Assembly: GCA_963707025.1 (NCBI GenBank)
Contig: CAVPOM010000006.1
Span: 766,094-830,093, forward strand
Reading direction: 5' to 3'
DNA length: 64,000 nt
Source: an uncultured Verrucomicrobiae bacterium
GTDB lineage: Bacteria; Verrucomicrobiota; Verrucomicrobiia; Limisphaerales; Palsa-1400
Shown: piece after piece, positions 21,914 through 32,943 of the stretch
Layout of the letters: the number at the start of each line of letters is the position of its first letter
Position numbering within the stretch: position 1 is the stretch's first letter
Notes under the pieces: model-generated
Seen by the model: only the letters and a program-made list of their open reading frames with translations
Databases searched by the model: none
Told to the model about the DNA's origin: nothing
Made by a program: the position numbers and the translations under genes

Positions 21914-23283
21914 TGGCTTTCTTTGCTCCTGAGATTGCAAGTGAAACTCCAGGTCGTCCTGTTTCCCTGCACGCGAAGGGTGGGGACGGTGATGTCGGAG
22001 AAGAGCCGTCCGCTGTGGCTGGCATCCTCGGCCTGGCGCAAACCATCGTGGAAGGCATAAACGTCGTCCGGCTGCTCGGCGGCGACGCTGCCGCTCACAT
22101 CAATTCTGGTGCGGTTGAAATAGAAGGTTTCCAACGTCAGGCTCTCGGGCAGATTCTCCGCCACCGCCTTCCAGCAATCCAGGGCGGCATATTTGAGATT
22201 CTGGCGCTGGGTGAGGATTCCGATCTTAAGATTGTCCCCCAGCGCGTTGGTGTACTCGGCCCCAACCCTGGCCAGATCGCGCTGGGCGTCAGTGTAGGTT
22301 TTATTGCAACCGTACAGGACGCCGAAATAGACGAGCGCGCCGAATATATAAACGCCGGCCACCGCCATCAGGCCGCGCATCCAGAGCCGGTCCACCAATT
22401 GCTGGCGGTAACGCTTGCTGAACTCGGGAGGCAGCAAATTGGTGGTGGCGCCATTGTTCCCGGTCCGCTGGGCGCTGCGGGCCGCCAGCTCCGCCGGAGC
22501 CGCCGCAGGCACGACCTCCACGGCGTGATCGGCCCAGGCCGCGAAGAGCGGCTTCCAAGCTTCGGCTTCGCCGGGCTTGGCCACCAGATGGATGCGGGGC
22601 GGTCCGGTCAGCCAGCCCTCCAACTCGCCCGCCCAGGCGATTTGCTCGATGTGTGCCTTGAGTTGCGGGCCGTTCTCCGGGCTTGGCGCCACGGCCAGGA
22701 GCGTCAAATTTTGAATGGCGCCTCCGTAGTGCCAGGCCAGCAACGCCGGTTCGCCCGGTCCGCCGGGAAAGAACCAGAGGCCGTCCCCGTCCATTTTGGC
22801 CGTGAGCAACTGATCCAGCCCGGGGCATTCGATCCGGTCGGCCAGGAAACCCCGCCCCTCCAGTTCGCCCAAAAACTCCTCCACATAGCTGCGCGCGGCT
22901 ATAATGACAATGACCGTCCGCAAAGCGTCCGGCTGGCCGGCGATGCGGGGCATCAAATAAAGGCTCCAGACAATATGAGTGACAGGCAGGGGTGAAAGTT
23001 TTTCCAGTTGCAGTTCCACCATGGAGGCGATTTCCGCCTCGTCGGCGCCGGGCAACTGCACGGCCCGGAAAAACACCTTGTCCGGCGGCAGCCAGGCGAC
23101 GTTGAGCTTGGGGCGGAGGAAGGACTGCCAGCTTTTGCCTACCACGGCGGCCGGGGCCGCCTCCTGCAAGGTCAGCGTCTTGTCCCCGTCAAAGACAAAG
23201 TGGTCCCCCTTGGCGGAAAAGCGCCAAAGGCGGCGCCCGCCGGGCAGGGCTTGCAAAACGTTGGCGGAATACCAGCGCGACAT
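21910..23283 (-). CDS. GspL / PilM-PilN-like protein
   Basis: Cytosolic domain, NLLP motif before a TM, PilN-like C-terminus; follows gspE. Confidence 0.7.
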   Translation of the reverse strand: MSRWYSANVLQALPGGRRLWRFSAKGDHFVFDGDKTLTLQEAAPAAVVGKSWQSFLRPKLNVAWLPPDKVFFRAVQLPGADEAEIASMVELQLEKLSPLPVTHIVWSLYLMPRIAGQPDALRTVIVIIAARSYVEEFLGELEGRGFLADRIECPGLDQLLTAKMDGDGLWFFPGGPGEPALLAWHYGGAIQNLTLLAVAPSPENGPQLKAHIEQIAWAGELEGWLTGPPRIHLVAKPGEAEAWKPLFAAWADHAVEVVPAAAPAELAARSAQRTGNNGATTNLLPPEFSKRYRQQLVDRLWMRGLMAVAGVYIFGALVYFGVLYGCNKTYTDAQRDLARVGAEYTNALGDNLKIGILTQRQNLKYAALDCWKAVAENLPESLTLETFYFNRTRIDVSGSVAAEQPDDVYAFHDGLRQAEDASHSGRLFSDITVPTLRVQGNRTTWSFTCNLRSKESQ

Positions 23284-25037
23284 CAGGGGACCTTCTTGCG
23301 GAGGACTGTTTTCCCGTCTTCCGACAGCGCCATGAGATGCTCCTCGGTTTGGGTGACGCGCAGCACCTCCTCGATGGTGGTCTGGCCCGCCCGGACTTTT
23401 TTCCAGCCGTCGTTGCGCAAGGTGCGCATGCCGCGGGACATGGCCATTTGCGCGATGGTGGAGGAGACGGCCCGGCCCATGATGAGGGGGCGGATGGCCT
23501 CATCCATGAAGAGCAATTCGTAGATGCCCATGCGCCCTTGGTAGCCGAGCATGCGGCAATCCTCGCAGCCGGCCCCTTTGCAAAAGTCGGTGGTGGCGAT
23601 TTCGTGCTCGGGAAAGCCCAGGCTCATCACATAATCGGGCTTCACCGGAATAATGATTTTGCACTTGGGACATATCGTCCGCACCAAGCGCTGGGCCAGC
23701 ACCGCCTCCACCGAGGAGGCCACCAGGAACGGTTCAATCCCCATGTCAATCAACCGGGTAAAGGCGCTGGGGGCGTCGTTGGTGTGGAGGGTGCTGAAGA
23801 CCAGGTGGCCGGTCAAGGCGGCGCGGATGGCGATTTCCGCCGTTTCCAGGTCGCGGATTTCCCCCACCATGATGACGTTGGGGTCCTGGCGGAGGATGTG
23901 GCGCAGCCCCATGGCGAAGGTCAGTCCAATATCCCCGCGCACCGCGATCTGGTTGATTCCCTTCAACTCATATTCCACCGGCTCCTCGATGGTGATGATC
24001 CGTTTGGTCACCGAATTGATCGTGCTGAGAAAGGCATAGAGCGAGGTGGATTTGCCCGACCCGGTCGGCCCGGTCACCAGAAAAATGCCGTGCGGTTTGA
24101 CGATGATTTCGCGGATGTGATCTTCCTCCACTTTGTCAAAGCCCAGCTTTTCCAGGCTGAGGAAAATCTTGCCGCGGGTGAGCAGGCGCAAGGAAACGCT
24201 TTCCCCATAAACGGTCGGCACGGTGGAAACGCGGATGTCTATTTCCTCCCCCTTGATGCGCACGTTGATGCGCCCGTCCTGGGGCAGGCGCTTCTCGGCG
24301 ATGTTCATGCCGGACATGACTTTGATGCGGGAAATCAAGGAGGCCTGGTAACGCTTCAACTGCGCCGGCATGGGCGTCTGATGGAGGATGCCGTCAATGC
24401 GGTAGCGGATGCGCAATTCGTCCTCCGCCGGCTCAAAATGAATGTCGGTGGCCCGGTCCTTGAAGGCCTCCCAGATGATCTGATTGACGAATTTGATGAC
24501 GCTGGCTTCCTGGTCGCTTTCCGTGATCTCCTTGTCCTCCACCAGCAATTCCAACGGCTCGTCCGCCCCGGCCATTTCGTCCAGGGTTTCGGCCCCCACC
24601 CCGTAATACTTCTTCAGCGCTTTCTCCAGCTCGCTCCTGGTGGCCAGGCCAAAATGCACCGGATCGCGCGCGTCAAACTGCACGGCGTTGAGCATGGCCG
24701 TGTCGAAGGGATTGCTCACGGCGACCAGCAGCCGGCCATTGTCGAATTGAGCGGGCAGCACGCCATACTGGAAGGCGACCTTGGTGGAGATTTTTTTGCG
24801 GGCCTCGGGGGTCACCTCCATCTTGCCGATTTCAATAAAGGGCCAGCCCAGCGCCCTGGCCAGGTCCTGCAAAAAAAGGTCTTCGGAAGACCCCCGCTCG
24901 CGCGCCATGAAACTGAGGAGCGATTCCGGCGACCCCCCCTCCACAGCCAGCCGCCACGCCTTGCTCCAGGCCTCAAACTGCTGAGGGCTGGCCAGGTTGT
25001 GCTGCGCCAAAAGGCTTCTGATAGAGACAAGCGCCAT
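23283..25037 (-). CDS. gspE: T2SS/T4P assembly ATPase
   Basis: ATDIHFEP, EKRLPQDGR, GPTGSGKS, TIEEPVEY, LRQDPNVIMVGEIRD and STLHTND motifs; CxxC pairs. Confidence 0.93.
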   Translation of the reverse strand: MALVSIRSLLAQHNLASPQQFEAWSKAWRLAVEGGSPESLLSFMARERGSSEDLFLQDLARALGWPFIEIGKMEVTPEARKKISTKVAFQYGVLPAQFDNGRLLVAVSNPFDTAMLNAVQFDARDPVHFGLATRSELEKALKKYYGVGAETLDEMAGADEPLELLVEDKEITESDQEASVIKFVNQIIWEAFKDRATDIHFEPAEDELRIRYRIDGILHQTPMPAQLKRYQASLISRIKVMSGMNIAEKRLPQDGRINVRIKGEEIDIRVSTVPTVYGESVSLRLLTRGKIFLSLEKLGFDKVEEDHIREIIVKPHGIFLVTGPTGSGKSTSLYAFLSTINSVTKRIITIEEPVEYELKGINQIAVRGDIGLTFAMGLRHILRQDPNVIMVGEIRDLETAEIAIRAALTGHLVFSTLHTNDAPSAFTRLIDMGIEPFLVASSVEAVLAQRLVRTICPKCKIIIPVKPDYVMSLGFPEHEIATTDFCKGAGCEDCRMLGYQGRMGIYELLFMDEAIRPLIMGRAVSSTIAQMAMSRGMRTLRNDGWKKVRAGQTTIEEVLRVTQTEEHLMALSEDGKTVLRKKVP

Positions 25038-25154
25038 GCGTTCCTTTCCAATTCTTAAACAAGGCAGGATATAAAAAGTTTCGGCAAGGTCAAAGGATTT
25101 GCGGCTATTTGCGCGGGTCCGGTATCGCTTTCTCAGGCATCCATCCCCATTCCC

Positions 25155-25190
25155 AATCTTAATCTTAATCTTGATCTTAATCCTCATCTC
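25155..25190. repeat. Degenerate hexamer tandem repeat (AATCTT)n
   Basis: aatctt aatctt aatctt gatctt aatcct catctc. Confidence 0.8.
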
Positions 25191-25419
25191 CTTTGCCCCC
25201 CGGCCGTCAGAACCGTGCCCTCCGATTTAGCTTGCCTGGGGGCCAGGACGGCTTTAGCGTGCCCCCATGCCTTGGGAAAATATGCGCGCCGAAGAACTGG
25301 ATTCTCCCTGGCCGCGCCATGATTTCAGCCAAGTCAATCAGTCCCCGGTGAAGCATCTCGGCCGGCGGCCTGGCAACATCAAAACGCGAGAGATTTAAAG
25401 ACTCCAACCCAAAATTCTT

Positions 25420-26197
25420 ATGAAACGAAATGTGCTCTGTGCCGCCATGGTCCTTATGGCAGGATCGCTCCTGGCGGCCGATAAAGACGACGTCAGCGCC
25501 GCCATCGCCAAGCTGGCCGCGTCGGACAATTATAGCTGGAAAACTTCGACCACAAATATTCCTGCTCCAGGCGCCGATGCCAATGCCGGCGGCGGGCGCC
25601 GCGGGCGGGGCGGATTTGGCGGCGGGGCGGTGAGTGGCAAGGTCCAGAAAGATGGTTTGATCTATGTCTCCATGCCCGGACGCGGAGGCGCGGTGACCCG
25701 AAGGGTATGTCAAAGGCACCAAAGGCGCGATCAAAGCCGGCGACGACGCCGCGTGGACCTCCCTGGCTGACGCGACCGCGGACGACGGCGGCGGCGGATT
25801 CAATATGGCGGCCTTCGCCGCCAGACGCGTGCAGAACACCAAAGCCCCGGCCGATATTGCCAAGGACCTGCTGTCCAAAACCAAGACCGTCAGCAAGACG
25901 GGCGACTTCTATACCGCAGCATTGACTGAGGACGGCGCCAAGGGGTTAATGACCGCCGGCTTTGGCGGTTTCCGCGGCGGTGGCGGCGGCCAAGGCCCGG
26001 ACATCACCGGCGCAAAAGGCACCGTCAAGTTCTGGGTCAAGGATGGCATGCTGAGCAAATATGAGACCGAGGTGCAAGGCTCCATAGACTTTAACGGCAA
26101 TTCCAGGGACATGCATCCTCTTACGACGATTGAAATCAGGGAGGTCGGCACGACGAAGATAGACGTGCCCGCCGAGGCCAAGAAGAGCCTCTCCTGA
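25420..26197 (+). CDS. Secreted hypothetical protein with Gly/Arg-rich linkers (frameshift near 25700)
   Basis: Signal peptide; two ORFs join with consistent codon usage; a terminator follows. Confidence 0.7.
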
Positions 26198-26202
26198 CAA
26201 TT

Positions 26203-26940
26203 CTATTTGACACAGCCGGACGGCTCCCTGCGGAGCTGTCCGGCCTTTTTTGTCTCCGCCGGCGCCGGTTTCCCATCCTCCGCGCAAGCGGCCAGCGTCT
26301 GTTCAACCGCGGCGGGCAGACGGAGAAAGCAGGTCTGGAGAATTTCCTGGCGGGCCGCTTCGGATAAACCCGCCGCGCGCCCCGCTCCCAAGGCCAGTCC
26401 GCAAAGCGTCTCCCGCGCGTAGGTGAAAAGGCCGTGCCGCAGCGGCCGGGAATAAACCGCCAGGGCGAGGCCATAGACCACGGTGTGCCAGCCCGCCGCG
26501 TCCCCCGCCTCCACGGCGGCCAGGTAGCGCTGCACGGTGCGTTCATCGCGCAAGGGCCGCAGCCGCTCCAGTTGGGCGCGGCCAGTCCGGCGGCTGGCGG
26601 AGGCGAAGGCGGGCCAGACCGGTTTGGTCTCCAGCTGCCGGTCCAGCGCGAGCAATTCCCGCAGATGGCCCCGCGCCGCCTGGGCGCGCGCCCGGGTGAT
26701 GGCCGGCATTTCCAGCGGCACCAGAACATGGGTTTGGTAACCTTCCAGAAAATCGCGCAGACCGTTCCCGGCGCGGATGGCGCCCGGCGGCAGCCGCGCC
26801 GCCAGATTCTCCCAAAAGCCGTCCGGCGAGCCGAGCTGGCGCAGCAGGGCGGAAAACTCCCCCGGCAGCAGATCTGCTTCCTCCGGCGCGTTCTCCCGGC
26901 CTGGCGGCCGCGGTAGAGCGCTTGTTTCTGGCGGTCTCAT
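26203..26940 (-). CDS. UreF-like urease accessory family protein
   Basis: Helical protein with ASASRRTGRAQL, GWHTVVYGL and ARQEIL segments that resemble UreF. Confidence 0.55.
   Translation of the reverse strand: MRPPETSALPRPPGRENAPEEADLLPGEFSALLRQLGSPDGFWENLAARLPPGAIRAGNGLRDFLEGYQTHVLVPLEMPAITRARAQAARGHLRELLALDRQLETKPVWPAFASASRRTGRAQLERLRPLRDERTVQRYLAAVEAGDAAGWHTVVYGLALAVYSRPLRHGLFTYARETLCGLALGAGRAAGLSEAARQEILQTCFLRLPAAVEQTLAACAEDGKPAPAETKKAGQLRREPSGCVK
26215..26251 (+). terminator. Intrinsic terminator
   Basis: GCCGGACGGCTCC-ctgc-GGAGCTGTCCGGC followed by a T-tract. Confidence 0.8.
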
Positions 26941-27135
26941 GGGCTTCGCGTTGCCACGAACGTCGCTCAAAATTCCGTTCGCTCTGCCAGAGCCTAGCCG
27001 CCAGGCAGGCCCCGTCCAGCGGTAAAAGCTCAAAAAGAAAAATTTTTAAGTTGCATTTGCGCAAAATCGCAGTCTGCGCCCGGTTGGAAATTCCAGGCTG
27101 GCCAATTCTTTCCAGCCGGGTTAAATAACACGCCC

Positions 27136-27438
27136 ATGACCGGAAAACGTCACTGCCATCGTTGCGGATGGGAATGGACCCTGGCGGGCCAGCCCGGACG
27201 CGGCGATTCCTGCAACCAATGCAACGCCGATTTGCGCGTCTGCCTCAATTGCGTCAGCTTCGATCCCCGCGTCGCCCACCAATGCCGCGACCGGCGGGCC
27301 GAGCCGGTGGAGGAGAAGGAGCGGGGGAATTTCTGCGAGTATTTTGAAATGGCCCGCCGCCCCTTCGTGGCCCGGGCCGGGAACAACCCGCGCGAAGCCG
27401 CCGCCCGCGATTAGTTGAAGAAATTATTCGGCGATTGA
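27136..27438 (+). CDS. Small Cys-rich (zinc-binding) hypothetical protein, with in-frame TAG at 27412
   Basis: CHRC, CNQC, CLNC, C and NFCEYF motifs; the frame continues LKKLFGD* after the TAG. Confidence 0.7.
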
Positions 27439-27439
27439 T

Positions 27440-27700
27440 CCGGCCGGCGCGGCGCTTCCAATACGCGCCGGTGCGCCTGAAGTTCGCGCTGTCCTTGGTG
27501 CGCTTGTTGTCGGCGCGGATGCGGCCGGCCAGGGTCCGGCTGACTGAATGTGCGCTGGTCCGTTTCCAAATGATTTCGTTCTGGAAATTTGTTGGCCCAA
27601 AAATTCCATCCAACAACATTCGCAGATAATGGTTCGCGGTCGGGTCGCCATGGAGATGCAGGCTGCCGGTGGGTTTGAGGACGCGGTCCAATCGCTCGGA
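27440..27700 (-). pseudogene. Fragment of an N6/N4 DNA methyltransferase
   Basis: RVLKPTGSLHLHGDPTANHYLRMLLDGIFGPTNFQNEIIWKRTSAHS, without DPPY or FxGxG motifs. Confidence 0.75.
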
Positions 27701-27844
27701 TGCCGTCCAAGACAAAAGGCCAGTGTTTCCAGTAGTTTCTTCGCTTACCCGCTATCAATCAAGCGATTGGATTCGGCTGCACGGCGGTGCGCAAGGACTG
27801 TAAGCAGCCGGGCAGTGTGAACCGGCCGATTCACGCGCGCTTCA

Positions 27845-28468
27845 TCAACCTTTGGCTGGTGCGCCGGCTTCGGCTTTCTTCGTTACGGCCTGGGCCTGGT
27901 CGAGCGCCACATTCAGCAGCAATACATTGACCCGCGCCTGGCCGAGAAAGCCCCACTGCGGCGGCTCAACGAATCGCTCAGTCAGCTCTTTGACTTTGTC
28001 CTCGCTCATGCCGCGCGAGGCGGCGACGCGGGAGATCTGAAGACGGGCCGCTTCGGGACTGATATGAGGGTCAAGGCCGCTGGCGGAGGCGAAGATCATG
28101 TCGGCCGGCACGATGGTATTCGTCGGCAGGTTGTTCCCGCTGATGAATGCTGCGGCGTTGTTCACGACATTCGTATGCAAGGCCCCGCTGGTGGGTCCCA
28201 GGTTGCTGCCACTGGACGCAGTAATGCCCGTTCCCCCCGTGCCGTAGCTGCAAGCCGACGGCCGCGGCCAGAAATAATTGGTGCCTTGGAACTGCTGCGC
28301 CAACAAGGCGGAGCCAATGAGTTTTCCGTCCTGTTCCACCAGACTTCCATTCGCCTGTTTGGGAAACACGGTCTGGGCGAAGATCGTCATAACCACCGGA
28401 TACATGACTCCGGCCACAATACTCCACAGAATGGTCTGTCTGACTGCTTGGATAATAAGTTTAATCAT
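27845..28468 (-). CDS. kdpC: K+-transporting ATPase subunit C
   Basis: QANGSL, YFWPRPSA, SSGSNLGP, SASGLDPHIS and VNVLLLN motifs. Confidence 0.95.
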   Translation of the reverse strand: MIKLIIQAVRQTILWSIVAGVMYPVVMTIFAQTVFPKQANGSLVEQDGKLIGSALLAQQFQGTNYFWPRPSACSYGTGGTGITASSGSNLGPTSGALHTNVVNNAAAFISGNNLPTNTIVPADMIFASASGLDPHISPEAARLQISRVAASRGMSEDKVKELTERFVEPPQWGFLGQARVNVLLLNVALDQAQAVTKKAEAGAPAKG

Positions 28469-28505
28469 AGTATTTCCTTGTTTGTAACTTTTGGCATGAG
28501 CGGTA

Positions 28506-30697
28506 TCAGGGAGCCAGATGGACTGCCACCAGCAGCACATCAATCAATTTGATGAAAATGAACGGGACGATGATGCCGCCGATTCCGTAAATGAGCATGT
28601 TGTTGCGCAAAATCACCGCGGCGCCCAGCGGACGATATTTCACGCCCTTCAAGGCCAGGGGAATCAGCGCCACGATGATCAAGGCGTTGAAAATGACTGC
28701 CGACAGGATCGCGCTTTGCGGGGAGTGAAGATACATGATATTGAGCTTGTCCAGCGGGCCGCGGCCGCCAACGGTGGTGGCGTAGAGCAGTCCAAACATC
28801 GCCGGAAGAATCGCGAAGTATTTTGACACGTCGTTGGCGATGCTGAACGTGGTCAGCGCGCCGCGCGTCATCAGCAATTGTTTGCCGATTTCCACCACTT
28901 CGATGAGCTTGGTGGGGTTGCTATCCAGGTCCACCATGTTGCCGGCCTCGCGCGCGGCCTGGGTGCCCGTGTTCATGGCCACGCCCACGTCGGCCTGGGC
29001 CAGGGCCGGCGCGTCGTTGGTGCCATCGCCGATCATGGCGATCAATTTGCCGCCTTCCTGCTCCTTGCGGATGCGGGCCAGTTTGTCTTCGGGCTTGGCT
29101 TGGGCGATGAAATCGTCCACGCCCGCCTCGGCGGCGATGGCGGCAGCGGTGAGATTGTTGTCGCCGGTAACCATGATGGTCTTGATGCCCATTTTGCGCA
29201 GCTGGGCGAACCGTTCCTTGATGCCGCCTTTAACGATGTCCTTGAGATGGATGATGCCAAGCGCCTTGCCGCCATCGGCCACGAGCAGCGGGGTCGCGCC
29301 TTGGCGGGAGATTTCGTCAACTTTGTCCATCAGGCTCTTGTGGACCTGGCCGCCGTTCGAGCCGACGTACCGGACGATGGAGTCGGCCGCACCTTTGCGA
29401 ATGGAGCGGATGGGATGCGGAGCTCGCCTCCTTTTCAGTTGTGGCCAGTGCGGACACCGAGGACGAACGCCCGGCGAGAACTGATTCCCCTTTCGCTTTA
29501 AGGGAGGGAGTGTGCAAAACTTGCGGCTCGGCGAAGAGGTCAACGCCGCTCATGCGCGTTTGCGCGGTGAACGGGAACGAAGGTGGCGAAATGTATCGCC
29601 GACCTCCCGGCCGCGCAGGCCGTATCTTTCCTTGGCCAAAACCGCGATGGAGCGGCCTTCCGGCGTTTCGTCGGCCAGGGAGGCGAGTTGGGCGGCTTCG
29701 GCCAGTTCTTCGATCTTGACGCCCGGCGCGGGAATGAATTCGGTGGCCTGGCGATTGCCCAGGGTAATGGTGCCGGTCTTGTCCAGCAGCAGCACGTCCA
29801 CGTCGCCGGCGGCTTCCACGGCCCGTCCGCTGGTGGCCAGGACATTGCGGCGCATCAGCCGGTCAATGCCGGCGATGCCGATGGCGCTCAGCAAGCCGCC
29901 GATGGTCGTGGGAATCAAACAAACGATCAGCGACAGCAGCACAGGAATGGAGGTCAGCACCACTGCCTTCTGCCCGGCCTGGGCTTCGTTGTAATGGGCG
30001 TAGGGCGGCAGCACAAAGACCACCACGATGAACAGCGCCGTCAGGCTGACCAGCACGATGTTCAGCGCGATCTCGTTGGGGGTCTTCTGCCGTCGCGCGC
30101 CTTCAATCATCTCAATCATGCGGTCAAGGAACGAATGGCCGGCCTCTGCGGTGACGCGCACCACGATCCGGTCGCTGAGCACGCGGGTGCCGCCCGTCAC
30201 GGCGCTGCGGTCGCCGCCGCTTTCCCGCACCACGGGCGCGGATTCGCCCGTGATGGCCGATTCATCCACCGTCGCGATGCCCTCGACGATTTCGCCGTCG
30301 GCGGGGATCAACTCCCCGGCTTCGCACACAAACAAGTCGCCCGAATTTCAACTCCGTGCTGGCAGACCTGGACTTCCTTGCCGTTGACCAGCGTGCGGGC
30401 CATGGTCTTGGTGCGCATTTTGCGCAAGGCGTCGGCGTGGGCCTTGCCCCGGCCTTCCGCCATCGCCTCGGCGAAGTTGGCGAACAGGCAGGTGAACCAG
30501 AGCCAGAAGCAAATCTGGACGTTGAACAGGTTGAACTGGCCGGGCAGGAAGAGAATGACGGTCGTCCAGATGGAGCCCAGCCACACGACGAACATGACCA
30601 GGTTCTTGATCTCGTCGCGCGGGTGCAGCTTCTTGAAAGCGTCAATCACCGCCTGGCGGAACAACTCCTTGTAATTGAATTCGACTTTAGTGCTCAT
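28506..30697 (-). CDS. kdpB: K+-transporting ATPase subunit B (frameshifted, with N-domain insertion)
   Basis: [35 protein letters not shown] and [10 protein letters not shown] motifs. Confidence 0.95.
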
Positions 30698-30729
30698 AAT
30701 AGATTTTGCTAAACAGCATTGGACTGAGC

Positions 30730-32646
30730 TTAGAACGCTCGGCCCGCCAGCATCAACCCGTGCTCGACAATGGGCCCCAGGCAAAGCGCCGGGAAGAAGG
30801 TCAGCGCGGCGACGACGATGATCACGCCCGTCAAGCGTCAGGCCGAAGGTCCAGCCGTGGGTGGGCAGGGTGCCCGAGGAGGCTTCGACGGTCTTCTTGG
30901 AGGCCAGCCTGCCCGACGATAGCCAGCGCGGCAATAATAGGGATGAATCGTCCAATCCAAATGACAATGCCGGCGCCGATATTGTAGAAGGGCGTGTTGG
31001 CGTTGAGGCCGGCAAAAGCGCTGCCGTTGTTGTTGGCCGCCTCGCCAAAGCAGTAAAGGACCTCGGTCAATCCGTGCGGACCGCCGTTGTTCATGCTGGA
31101 CAGGCCTTGCGGCATCATCACGGCCAGAGCCGTCGGGATCAGAGCAGGCGACGTTTGGAATCAGAACGCCGATGACCGCCCAGGTGGCACACCAGGCGTC
31201 GAGTTTCTTGCCCAGATACTCCGGCGTTCGGCCGATCATCAGCCCGGCGATAAACACCGTGATGAGCACATGGAACAACATGCAATACATGCCGCAGCCG
31301 ATGCCGCCGAACAGAATCTCGCCAATCAGGATGTTCCACAGCGGCATCATGCCAGCCAGCGGCATCCAGCTATCGTGCATCGAATTGACCGAGCCGTTGT
31401 CAATCGCGGTGCAGGAGGTGCCCCACAGGACGCTGTTCATCACTCCGATCCGTTGTTCCTTGCCTTCCATGTTCGGCATCGCGCCCGCCAGTGACTGGAT
31501 TGGGCCGCGTCTCGAAATACCACGCCACTCACGAAGGAGAGCACATACAGCGCGAGCATCACGTAGAACAGGCACCAGGCGTGCTTCTTGTTGCCGACCA
31601 GCAAGCCGAACATGTAAACCTGCGCCATCGGCACGACGATGATCGCCAGCATCTCCAGGAAGTTGCGTCAACGGCGTGGGATTCTCAAACGGATGCGAGC
31701 TGTTGACGTTGAACCAGCCGCCGCCATTGGTGAAGAGCTGCTTGATGGCCTCGAAGCGAGGCCACGCGGCCCGAGCGGGATGGGCTGGGTCGTCCACTTT
31801 CGCATCCACCATGACGGGCGCGTTGGTCATGATCGGCTGCGCCTTTCGCATCCACCTGCGGCACATCCACCATCACGGCCACGCCGTTGGTCAGGACCGG
31901 CTTGCCGTTCGCGTCCAGCTTCGGCGACTGACACGACCAGTTGGATATTGGTCGTCACGTTGTTGCCCTTGTCATCGGTCTTTTGCACCTGGGTGGTGTA
32001 CGGCTCCATCAGATTGGCGGTTTGGTAAGGCTTCCAGGTCTGCGGAACGCCCTGCCAGGCAAGCGGAATGGCCCACAGCGCGCAGAGCGGCATGACGAAA
32101 TAGAGCAGGCCGCGGGTCATGTCCGTCCAGAAATTGCCGATGGTTTTGACCGAGGCGCGTTTCAAGCGCCCGCCCCACCGCCACCAGCACCGCCAGCCCC
32201 GCCGCGCCGCTGAGAAACTGATGCACCATGATGGCGAAGATTTGCGAAGAAGTAACTCATGGTGGTTTCGCCCGCATAAGACTGCCAATCGGCGTTGCAA
32301 GTGAAACTCCAGGCCTGCATGAACGCCAGGTGCCAGGAGCAGTTGTCCAGACTCCTGCGGATTGAGCGGACGGCCATTTCTGCGTCATGAAGATGGCCAT
32401 GTCCGCCACAAAGCCGACTGCCGGCGAAAAGCAGCACCGCCCAGAAGTATTGCAACCAGGTCATCTCCTCCGCTGGGATCAATCCCCGTCAGCCGGTAAA
32501 TCAGCTTCTCGATCGGGCGGAAGAATGGGCTGGAGAAACGTTCTCTCGCCCGTATAGACCTTATACATGAAGCGCCCCACCGGCGGCGTCAGCGCGATGC
32601 CCAGTCCGAAAAATAGCACGATCTGGATAATTTCAATTGTTGTCAT
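30730..32646 (-). CDS. kdpA: K+-transporting ATPase subunit A (many frameshifts)
   Basis: [41 protein letters not shown] and NNGSAFAG motifs. Confidence 0.93.
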
Positions 32647-32688
32647 AATTCAAGTTGCTCAATGTCATTTCAACTGCGGCCAACACCT

Positions 32689-32704
32689 TGCACACGCCGT
32701 GCCA
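32689..32704 (-). promoter_or_regulatory. sigma54 promoter of kdpABC
   Basis: TGGCACGGCGTGTGCA (GG-N10-GC), about 40 bp upstream of the kdpA ATG. Confidence 0.75.
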
Positions 32705-32943
32705 ACCTGGTTCGAAATGTGATAATCAGCTATGAGACAGCCGATTTTTGCATTGGATTCACAGTGCCGCCAGAGGGATTGCGCGGCTATCCGTGGTCAA
32801 AATGCTTAAATTTCAACACGGGTGGCCATGAAGAAACTCAAAGAACCCGTGGAAGTATCAAAATTCCATTAACGCGCCCGCCCGTTCGCGGCGAATAAAC
32901 GCTTTTGCAGTGAAGTTCAACTGGAACAGAGGCGGGATTCTGC

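Noticed and set aside
27715..27780. Possible trpD-like C-terminal relic (LIDSG*AKKLLETLA, minus strand)
   Set aside because: Too short to distinguish from chance.
32647..32688. kdpF
   Set aside because: There is no room for a hydrophobic ORF of about 30 aa between the promoter and kdpA.
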